The position numbers and the translations under genes are program-made. From contig OX597835.1 in the NCBI GenBank assembly GCA_951406725.2, positions 25,296,001 through 25,360,000 on the forward strand: 64,000 bases of DNA, read 5' to 3'. Origin of the DNA: Octopus vulgaris (lineage: Eukaryota). Below are positions 53,140 through 64,000 of this stretch, piece after piece; positions within the stretch are counted from its first letter, which is position 1; each line of letters begins with the position of its first letter. The notes beneath the pieces are model-generated. The model saw only the letters and a program-made list of their open reading frames with translations, ran no database searches and was not told the origin of the DNA.

Positions 53140-53879
53140 GTAGGTACTATTACATTATTTTGTTTCATTTTTCTTTATACACAGTATTGGCTATCTGACC
53201 AGTTCATGGCTTTAGTGTTTCTTGTTACTGTTGTTGTGTTACATATCTTGGGTATTTTTGTCTAAATGTGGTAGTTCTCAGTGATACAAGAATCTTAGAG
53301 ATGCACTTGTTTGCTCTCTGCCAACTATAAAGGTTTATGCTATCTTCAGTTAGTCTTGATTGAATAGCATTGCAGTTCTGTTTCAGAATAGCCTTGATCT
53401 GGGGGCAAGTATACTTTCCCAAGTCCTGTTTAAGTTGATGGTCCTGGATGTGAATAGCAGTGAAGGTCATTGCATGTTTTCATTAAGGGCTATTTACTGA
53501 CTGGGGGGATTTCTTTAGATGCTGAAAGACATTTCTTTGAAACTCCTGCTTATTGGTGTTTCCTAGCTATTGGAATGGTATTTTGCTCATATGTTGAAGT
53601 AGCTGTTAGGAAAGTGCAGTATCCACCCAAACTTGCTTCGACAGTTCCAGTTGCCATCTGGGTATCACCTGAATTTCCCTAATGCATCTGTGGATTTGGA
53701 CAAACTGTAGCAGGTCATCTATATTGCATTTAAATTTTCATTAGACTTAATGATAGTTGCAACATAAATTGTCGACGATACCAGTTAGTTGGTTATGTTG
53801 ACCACAGACTTTAGGACTTTACTGTCAACTGAGGCAAAACTAATAGAAAGGGATCTGGTTATTGGAAGCTAGCTGCATG

Positions 53880-56345
53880 CTTGGTGACAAACGTCTCAAG
53901 AACTAGATTAGCGGATTTTTTATGTGGGGAGTGCTGACAAGGACTGTCATCAAGTTATCATCAACAACAGGTGGTGAATCTCACTTGTGAGAAAAAATAT
54001 TAGAATCTGTTAGTTTTAGAAAAGTTATAGAGAACAGTAGTGTAGCTATAGGATGGAGGGACGAGGAAGCACTTGGGGTTTACTGTGTAATCTTCTACAA
54101 GGGTGGAGGGGCAGCAAATTCAAGGGGTTTGCTGTGAAAGCCTGTATAAGGGCATAGGGTCAGCAAATTCAAGGGCTGTCCTGGCAATTAAGGAGATGCC
54201 AATCAATCAATTAGAAGAGATTCATAGAAAAGGCATTGCCAAACACTGTTCTTGTAGCAAGTACAGCCATTGACCATTTCTTCATGAAGCATGAAGGATA
54301 TATTTGTGCTGGGGTGTTTATGCTGAGGGAAATTGGATGAAAGGCATTTGATGTGCCTTGGTATCAAGAAGGGCAGTGTGAAAAAACAAAGCCAAAACAA
54401 AACATGTTCATCTTCAACTAACTGCAATGGGCATGGCTTCTTTGATTCCAAGCACGTTTATTACTTTGCCAAACTTTTTGTGAGGAGTGATAAGTGAAGG
54501 TGGTGGACATTGATACCTCTCTTGAGAGCCTCCAGCAAATCTCATTTGAACATGTAGAGTACTGCAAAAAGCTGATTTCGGCAAGCAAAATAGTAGATAG
54601 TTTGAACTGCTCTGCAAGACTAGATGACTCTGTCTTATGATAAAATTTGTTACATGTCTGGCTTGCATGTTGCTACTATTTGGTCTACAAAAACTGGCAG
54701 TAACTGGAAAGATTCTCAGCCAGGTGAGTTGACGGAGGGTTGAAACAAGAGGAACATATGAAAACAAAACAGCTTTGGGTTCATAACTCAAACTAAACAC
54801 AGATTATAGCAAAGGTACTTGTCAAAGGTGAGGTTGGTATTTGCAGTTGGAGACAAATTTATGCTTTCCCTAGGAAATCTATTCCCTGACAATGTCTACC
54901 TTGTGCAGAACCTCATAAAATGAGTCAGGAATACATCGGGCTTTAATGGGTCCTTGATCAATTTAGATCAATCTAAAGCTTACAAGATTAAACCGTTGCT
55001 ACTTGGAGGCTTTCCTAAATGCAATTGGTTTCACTTTCATCTTCTGAGCTTGGATCACTACGATGTGTAGCATCATCTGTTTGGTAGTTAAACTAAATGG
55101 TCGCTTATCTAAACCCCTTTTCTCTTTTTTTTTTTGTTTGCATCATATGCTAGGTCAGTCAAGGGTTGGTTCCCTATTTCCTTTCTCCTGAATGTTTTGG
55201 TGCTTGAGCCATTGCTGCAGAAATTTGAGATGTTTAGGAGCTTCTTGCTTGAACTGGGATACAGGTGAGCTCTGTGTGTATATGCAGATATCACCATTCT
55301 TTGTACCAGACTTGTTGGTATTTGAATTGGTAGGCACCATACAGGAGGTGTACAGTGAGATCACAAGACCCACATTAATTGTGGGGAAAATTGTGGACTG
55401 GCAACTTGGCAGCTAGAGAAGCAAGATTTTGTAGGCTTGTGACACCTGTCACTGGTCCGATGATCTGGTTAAGGTGCTTGAAGTTTGGTTTTAGACCAGA
55501 TCTTTTGAATGATAAAGGCTAAAATAGGTTGTAAACAAGGTAACCACTCACACTCAGAAATGGTTTGAGTGGAAGCTGTTGCATTTGAAAGTTTAAGCAG
55601 TGGTGGCTAATACTCTCATCACTTTGGTGTGCAGCCACTGGAGTGGTGTACTTTGTTCAAACAAAATGCTACTACAGTGGAGTGTGTGCTCTTTCACTTC
55701 ATGCGAAAGGGTCAAGTTCTGCTGGTCAAGAGGTCTGTCTGCAGCTAGCAACAAGTCCAGGAAGTTTCAGGATGCTGTGGTTAGTGATGTGTAGGCACAT
55801 GCTGAAGCTCATCATGATTAGGCTGTAATCTTGGTTTAAACACACTGAGCTTGAGTTTTTAGCATCTAAAATGTTGCATAGTGTTCCTTGCACTCTTTGC
55901 CAGCCAAGCAATGTGGTCAGCAGAGCATCAAGTACTGATTTCTCTAGAAGATTAATGGAGGGTATGAGCAATGATGGTTTGGGAATGACTTGAACTCTGT
56001 TACACAGGACACTGTTTGGGACAGATGCCAAAGACTTACAACTATTAGCAACTATGGAAATGAAACCGTTTTGTACGCTATCAATCAGAATACATGGATG
56101 GCAGGTTTGTAAACTTGTGTCAAATAACTTGCTGTCACATGCATGAAGGACAGATCTGGCTATCAGCTGAGTCTATGGCGAAGACTGACCTACTGCCATC
56201 CTATGGTAAGGACTGGCAGGTAATTTTCTTCTGCCTGGTGATTACATCAAAGGAAGATTTGTGGTGGATGAGCTTAATAAGCTAGATTAAGGACAAGGTT
56301 TCCTTCGGAGACATTGCCTAGCAGTGTTGTGTGTGTGAGCTACTA
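53880..56345 (+). mobile_element. Heavily decayed L1/Tx1-clade LINE (RT remnant) in PPP2R2 intron 2
   Basis: Frameshifted RT motifs in the expected order: LNTDY (~54792), LDQSKAY (~54963), YLEAFLNAIGF...WI...VVKLNGRLS, RSVKG.FPIS.LL.VLVLEPLLQK (~55152) and VYADIT (~55277). Boundaries approximate. Confidence 0.75.
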
Positions 56346-57574
56346 GATTGAAGTGTCACACTAAACCAGGTATTTTGTGTGGTATGCTCCAAATTAATCT
56401 GGGTGGATTTCCTCTCCGATTTTTTCCCAGTTGGCGTTACCGTTTTATTTTCACTTTCATTTTACTCATTACACCCACTCGCTTTTTTCTTTCTCTCTGT
56501 AATTTCGTCCTTGTATTTTTCCCTCATCTTGGGATCCTTTGGTTCGAAGTCAGGACAGATAGAGGCCTTTCATCCTTGCAGGGCCGAAAAATAACAAATA
56601 CCGGTCAAATATTGGGGTCGATTTAATCGACTAACCCTCCCCTAAACGTCTTATGTAAGAAACTGGCGGAATCGTTAGCGCGTTGAACAGAATAGATCAC
56701 TTTCGGTTGAAATCGTCTTTACTCGTCATGCCTCGGGGGTCGGTAAAATAAAGTTCCAGTTAAACTACTAACGTCGATTTTAATCAACTATCCCCTGCTC
56801 TCAAAATTACTGGCCTTGTGCCTGAATTAGAAACAATTATCGAGGGTGGGTGGATAGGCAGAATTGTTACAGCGTCGGACAAAATTGCCTTAACTGAATT
56901 TCTTCCGGCTATTTTACGTTCCGGGTTCAAATCTCACCGAAGTTCATTTTTTACTTTTTCATCCGCCCAGATTCGATAGAATAAAAGTACCTGTCCCAAG
57001 CCTCGGCTTGGTCGATTTCACAGACTGAGCCACTCCACTCCACCCTCAAAAACTGCTGGTTTTTGTACCTAAATTTAAAACCAATCATTACATCTTGTCC
57101 TAACATGAATGATCTCTATTTAAATTTGTTGTCTTTTTTTTTTACTATATTATATATATATATCGTTTTTTTTTTCTATCACTTTCCATTCTTTATGTCT
57201 TCGTCCCTCTCTCTCTCTCTCTGTATAGCTATGTCTGTCTGTTTGTCTTTATTCAGCCATTTGTGTGTCTCTCCCTCTCCCTTCTTGTCCACCTCCTTTA
57301 TCTCTCCATGTCTCTCCATCTATCTTCTCAGCCTGTCTGCTAATATATACATCTATCATATTCATCTTTTTTTTCTACCTATGTCTATCTATGCTTGTCC
57401 GGTTATCTCACGTCTATATGTCTCTGCGCGTGTGTGTATCTGTCTGTCTGTCTGTCTCTTACCTTCATTTCCGCTTAAAGCATTACTAACGTTTTATTAC
57501 ATATATTTAAAAAAAAAAAATTCTCTCTCGATTTCATATCGCATTACCTACCGCTTGCTATGATGATACTACTT

Positions 57575-57995
57575 AGCGGTGATAATTGTCACTGTTCCAC
57601 AATGATAGAACAATTGTACTTTTTTTTCACTGGTTACACTAACAGCACAGTGCTAACTGTAATATCACTAGCTATAAGGATTAGTAACCACTAATTGAAA
57701 TATCATTGGCAGCACTGATTAGCACAGCGGTTAATCGTAACATCACTGGTTGCAATGATTAACACAGTGGTTAATCGTAACATCACTGGTTGCAATGGTT
57801 AGCACAGCGGCTAATTGTAATATCACTGGCTATAATAATTAACACAGGAATTACTTGTAATATCAGTGACTCTAATTTTAGCTGGGTAGTCATAATTGTG
57901 GTGTCACTGGCTACAATGATTGGTGGTGGCACGCTGATAATTGTAATAATACCACCGGTTGCAGTGATAACTCGGTGTCTGGCTACAATGATAGC
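57575..57995. repeat. Degenerate 40-bp minisatellite (~9-10 units)
   Basis: Unit catcactggttgcaatgattaacacagtggttaatcgtaa at 57741 and 57781, with progressively more diverged units on both sides. Confidence 0.75.
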
Positions 57996-60900
57996 AAGGC
58001 TGGTGATAGTGGTCGGTGATACAGATAATAGTAGTTATATTTTTCTGTATTAATCTTTCGCCTGGCCGAAGCATTTTCACAAATATATTCTAAACGCCCA
58101 ATACTCGTTTTCGGATTTTTGTAAAGTTACCCCCTTTTTTCATATCTTCTGAGTAATACGAAAACCTTCCATTCATAAATCCCAGTTTATTCTTTGCTGA
58201 CTGATAAAAAGGAAGAAAAGAAATGTATAGTATATGATGCATAGATGCCGGAGGAAATATGTCCCGTGTCTTACGAGTGATTCACAGGACCGGGTTAGGG
58301 AAATGATTACTGATCTCATGATATAACTGGTATTAATTTTATCAGTGTAGGTCTGTCTGATCGCGACATTTCTAGACAGCTCTCTGCTTGTTTTGGTTAT
58401 GATTGGATACTGGACTCGCTGTTAACGATAATGATCTGCTGCAGACTTGTGTGAATGTGTGTCTTTTCTATATTAGGGCAACAGTGGAACACTTGGTAAG
58501 GCTGCTTTTGCAGTTGTCGTTTAATCCAAGGTCAGCCTCGATTTTGTAGGAGGCGTTCAAACCGTGACTGTTCTCTCTTTCTATAAGGTATTGTGTTGGT
58601 AGGACTACAATACTGAACAGCACAAGTTGTGATTTAAGTGGGGTATTTTGCAGCCATAATTTAGTAGGTCGAGAGACCGCATAAAAGGCTTTCGCTCCAG
58701 CGTGTGCCTTGCCTGCAATAAGTTTAATTACGTCCCTTTGCGTTTTGTTTTCGAATCTAGACGTGGTTGACCTTGCTTCCTCCCATCCTAAGGCCCGGGT
58801 GGGGGGGGGGGGGTGACAATAAAATACCAATCAAATAATGAGTTCTGTTCAATCGAACGTGTGGGTCTTGTGTCGATAATAGTGATTATCAATTAACGGA
58901 AATTCTCATTAATTTCGTTGCAATACGTCTCTTACGATTTTTAAAAAAATGTGATTCCTTTGCCGCTTCCAAACGAACACATTCGCGTAACCCCCTCCTT
59001 TCTCTGTTTTGTTTATTTAATCTTAATTTTTCCCTTCATCATTAGTATCCCAACACCTCGCATCAAACTAGGACGCGGTGGTTTTTATTTTTATGGGGTA
59101 GGGATTGGCTAGCCTCTTCATTGCTCTTAACAAGATCATCCCTCTTTCCTTTAATACGAAATATATCCCTATCCATCTCTTCTATAATTTTTATATTATG
59201 ACTCTTCCCTCTGTTCCTTCATTAATGCTAATTATGAACCCACCACTTGCTATGGAATATTTTTCCATGTGCTGATAGATCTGGAAAAAAAAAAAAAAGA
59301 ATGAAATTTGGTTAGAACTAGCTACAAGCCAATTCAGTATACTAATAGTTACGCCTGGGCAGACTTGGTGATTATACTATGACAAATATATAGTTATTGA
59401 TCTTCTTCATGTGTCGGCCCCTGAACTAATTTTTGATGTCCGACTTACCTCCCGCTCCCTCTCTCTGTTTACCCAGCAGTAACACGCATATGTATGTATA
59501 CAAATCACAAGTTCAACTCACAATATATATATATAGGTGCCTATACTTATACGGCATGTTTTGTACTCTGTGTATACTTATATATATATAGAATGTGTGT
59601 GTTGAAAAGACTTTACAAACTGTTTGTTTCGTTGAATGAATCATCAACTCAGAGTGACAACAATTGAAGTTTTTCAGCTTCAATAAAACACTAATTTACT
59701 CTACCTCTGGTATTCGAGTACTATTTTTTTTTGCTGCCTATGTACTCACGTGTGTGCGTGCGCGGTCGCACCTCTGGCGTTAGATAATTCCTGTTAAAAA
59801 TACGTACCCGCCATCTCATGTTACAACAAGTTTCATAACTATATAAATGATGTTATTTAAAAACAGTTTCCCCATTATTTCGTTGAATTGGAAGGAAGGG
59901 TCTCCACTCCGGCTTCATTTTGAATGAGAACATGTTGGAGCCATGTTAGACAGACACCTCATTGCAGTGCTTTTCAAACCGACAAACACCCACTCCTCCA
60001 CAAATATTTGTGAACATGCTTGGTGCCCCACTTCCTATTAAGATCGAATAGAGTTTGCAGTCATATAATCTCAACATCTTAGCTTTTATTATTAAAGATG
60101 GTAGTTTGCCGCTTTTTCCCCATTTATTTTCACATGCTTGTCTTTGGTGTCGAGTGCACTGGTAATTTTTGTAGCTGTGGGGAAGTAGGTTCGTCTCTCT
60201 CACTGGGCATTTTCGCTGTTGAATGGCACCGTGACTTTTTTTTTAAGAATATATTATTTGGACACTGTTAGTGTATGTATTGGACCATACCGAAATAGTT
60301 CTTCCCATTTTTAAGCCCATTCATTGTAATTCAAGAGTGATTTTGCTTATATTTCTAGTAGGGTTGGCGACTGTTCAGACTCTTTTCTGCAACACTGTTG
60401 TGTGTGTGTGTGTGTATAGTTAAAGGTGTAACCCCTATGCTATATACGTGCCAGGGGATTCTAGAACTTCAGTAAATGTTTGACAGGGATATGGAGATAT
60501 ATATAATAATGGGGAAATATATATTTCAATCTTGAACCAGTTTGTCTCCATAAAAGACTATCGCCTCTCCTTTACACACACACACACACACTGTTGATGA
60601 GACAACGAAGGTAGGTAGCTAGGTATAAGCAGCCAATCTTTTTCAAATCACACACACATACATGTATAATCTTCAAAAGCGGTGAAAAAAAACAAAACTA
60701 TCTGAATCACAGCTGGAATATTTCTTTTGATCAGAGGTGTGTCTGTTCGATCTTTGGTCAGAGGTGTGTCTGTTCGATCAGGACTGATTGTCAAACACCT
60801 ATCCCAATAACCGAGCACTGATGTCATTCATCATCGTATCTGCCTCGGTATTTGTTTCTCCAGAGATCCACCGCCATTCAGAAATAAATAAATAAATACA

Positions 60901-63900
60901 TAACTAAAATATTCTCGTTTGAATGAAACAACGTACTGTTTTGTCTTCTCTCTCTCTTTCTGCTGCTGCTACTACTACTACTACACCATCTCGTGCCCAT
61001 CAGGCCTTGCTCGCCACTTCCGACCTCATCTCGAATCCGCCCACCATTAATTACGCCGACTCTTCTGGAGTTTTTTTTTTCTCGCCCGCCCTCTTCCTAC
61101 ATTCCTCAACGTCAAATCCCATGAAAGCGATTTCCCCACCACTCCGTCTCTCTCGTCGTAACCAACCTGTTAATTTTTATTCAGTGCCAATCATCATCAA
61201 CCTCATCAGTTCACACTGATCAATAAGAACAGCTTCCCACGTGCTATGGGCGAGGTCCTTTCTTCCTCCGAATCGACGGTTTAAAATATGGAGTGTACAT
61301 CCATATACAGCAGCCTATTATTACATTATCTTAGATTTTACACTGAAACAAAAATTCACACACACACACTATTCATTCATTCATTCGTCCATCCATATGG
61401 ATTGATAATTATGTGTATATGCATATATGTATTGCAGTGTATAATTTTCCTGTCTCTCTAAAACTGAAAGTAAAGCACTCCTTTTAAAATAACTTTTATG
61501 TGCCGATACAAATGACATAACCGGTGTGAATATTAATATATGTATATAATATATATAGTGTGTGCGAGTATACATACTTGCATAAATACACGTGTGGACT
61601 GTAGTTTTGTAGACGGTCTTTTAGTGGTGCGATTATCTCATTTTTGCCTACCAATTCCACCCGTATCTTTCCGTTTCATATTCCATAAGGATCAAACTGC
61701 TCCATTGAAGGAGACGCCTCTGCCATGTTACGTACGAACCAGTGTCTGAGACCTGTGAAATAATTAGACCATGAGTAGTTGGGCGCTACTTATATTCATA
61801 TAGACATTTTTTCTTTTTCTTTTCTTTTTTTTTTTTTGTTAATATGGTCACAAGTCGAAACGGGGGCGAAAAAATACCGTAAGCAAATTGTATTGATACA
61901 GGCATACCTCAAATTACGTTGTTTCGAGTTACGTCTTTTTCGAAAACGTACCTGAAAAATATGTATATTTTTTTTGGCGGGGTGAATGGGGAAAAAAAAA
62001 GAGGGGAGGGGCTATCGCTAAATGGTGTTAATATTTCCACTTTGTGACAGCAAACCGAGAGAATGCCATCTTTTATGATAACTTTTACTCTGTCTTTTTT
62101 TTCGCTTTTGTTAAGTCATTTTTGACTGCTCGAACGAGAGGAATGGGAACGGGTGTCTGTCGGTTGCAACACGTTCGCCTCCTCTCTCGAGTTTGTACAT
62201 AACGAAATATATCTTATATCATTTATAGGTCATTATGTAAACCCGTTAATTTATTTACCGTACACACAAACACATCGATGTATGTGTGTCCGTCCATCCA
62301 TGCATATTCCTTTGCGTCTGTGCTCCGTATAGAATGTTAGTCACATTGCTGCTGCTACTACTATTACTACTACTACTGTTGCTTCTCTTAGGGGGTGTTG
62401 TTTCTGTGACTTACGAGCAATCCCTGTGTTGCCTTTCCGTTCGATATTGAAATGACTGTGCGTGCATATATATATATATTTATATATATATAACCCACCT
62501 GCTTGAAATGATTGTGTATACGAAGCCTTTCTCTCTGTGTGTATGTGTACACATACACACACGCACGCACACAGAGCCAGTGGATGCTTCTACCAAGCTG
62601 TCACCGGTGTTTCATGTCGATGTCCACAATGCTCCAATTCTTTCAATCAGAACCGTATTCCACCCCCACCCACCACACGCACCTCTTGTCAGTCGGAATT
62701 GAATTAAAATTTTATTTTTAGACTGTAGTAGAATCTTCGCGACTGTTTGAGCTCATTATTTTGTTTTATTTTTGGCCGACGCTGAGAACTCCACTAGATT
62801 TCGTTTTGTCTACTCTTGATGACGATAATAATCATCATCATCATCGTCATCATCAATTATTACCGTCATTATTTTCATTATCCTCATTGTCACCACCATT
62901 GTAATTATCACCCTCATTATCGTCATTCCATCAGTCCTTTGTTGAAATTACACCCGTAATTTCCACACATTATATAGAATTTTTTTTTTCTCTTTTTGGC
63001 AAAAATGAAAAGAAAAGGTAATTTTTCTAGATTGTTAATTTTGACATATTTTCTAGATTAATTTGATAATGAGTGATGGTGGTTGATGATTGTTGTCGAC
63101 TTTATCTTTCTTTCATCTTTCCAAGTTCGATAAAATAAAGTAACCCCACATTTTATGCTAGGTGCCTGTGTTAGAAAATTATTTTAATTTTTAGGAGCTT
63201 CAGACCATTAGCTTAATAAATAAAGCTTGTATAGGAAGAGCAAGGTACTTGCTACACACACACACAAAGCATATTATGAAGATGGGCTTCAGTTAGTATA
63301 CCTGTCCGAGACCTGTGAATGAATATCTTGCGATCCCATAAATAAATTCAGCCCCTTGATTTTTAAGAGGAATTTTCCCGCCCAGGCTCCCAAAGCGCGC
63401 TTGTTCTTGCAAAAATTCTTTCGCAGACAGTATACGCGTGCACGCATGCGTGCACACAATTCGCCAGGCACTTAGGGAGGGCTTCTTAATGATTTCTTCC
63501 ATGGATAAACGAACCCATCTATCTGAAGAGACAGTCATCTCCACCTGATGAATGGTCAGCAAAGTCCACCCTTAGGCTATTCATGACTTAACTTCCATTT
63601 CTCTGTTTGCATGGACCACATGGAACTTGTTGAGGCAGATTTTCTGTGGCCGGTCGCACTTCCTGTTCTAAAGCGATAGAGGATTTCCTTGTGGCCAGAC
63701 AGGTTTTTCATTCAAACCCAGAAACGAGCAGCGTTATTAGTATGACGGTGATGCTCATTTACAACAACGAAGCTAAGACAAGGGTGCGCGCATGCACGCA
63801 CTCACACTTATACACGATGGGCTTCTTTCAGCTTCCGTTTATTAAGGTCACTCACAAGGGTTTGGTCTGTCCTGGGTTAGACATTTGTAAGACATTGGCC

Positions 63901-64000
63901 GATGATGTGACTTAGTGGGGGACTGAACCCGAGAACACATGGTTGGGAAGCAAGCTTCTGAAACCACACAGCCACATTTGCGGAAAAAAAAAAAATTTAA

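Noticed and set aside
57575-57995. CRISPR-like array
   Set aside because: Contiguous tandem units with no unique spacers, in eukaryotic context.
63293-63562. 89-aa minus-strand ORF in unique sequence
   Set aside because: No recognisable homology, non-ATG start and no convincing splice sites; it includes a microsatellite-like palindrome (gtgcacgcatgcgtgcac).

Overview
AT-rich, microsatellite- and SINE-dense animal DNA. The repeat content points to a cephalopod, most likely Octopus (inference). Almost all ORFs in the supplied track are repeat artefacts. Two real spliced genes start here, facing apart about 20 kb from each other. Exportin-7 (XPO7/RANBP17 family, minus strand) has exon 1 at 27962-27976 and exon 2 at 3249-3395, with a ~24.6 kb intron 1. 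A PP2A B55 regulatory subunit (PPP2R2/twins, plus strand) has exon 1 at 48282-48288 and exon 2 at 53071-53139. The rest is SINEs, MITEs (hAT-, piggyBac-, Tc1/mariner- and MULE-like), non-autonomous Helitrons and decayed RTE and Tx1/L1 LINEs. Most notable: (1) a young 2.9 kb foldback transposon with ~1.29 kb near-identical arms, a 9-bp TSD and the same SINE in both arms, 225 bp into intron 1 of the B55 gene; (2) a 357-bp-period direct repeat carrying a minimal type I hammerhead ribozyme (retrozyme/Penelope-like), plus a second hammerhead-like motif; (3) two GGATC-ended MITEs with telomere-like repeats that inserted into near-identical TCCCAT targets.
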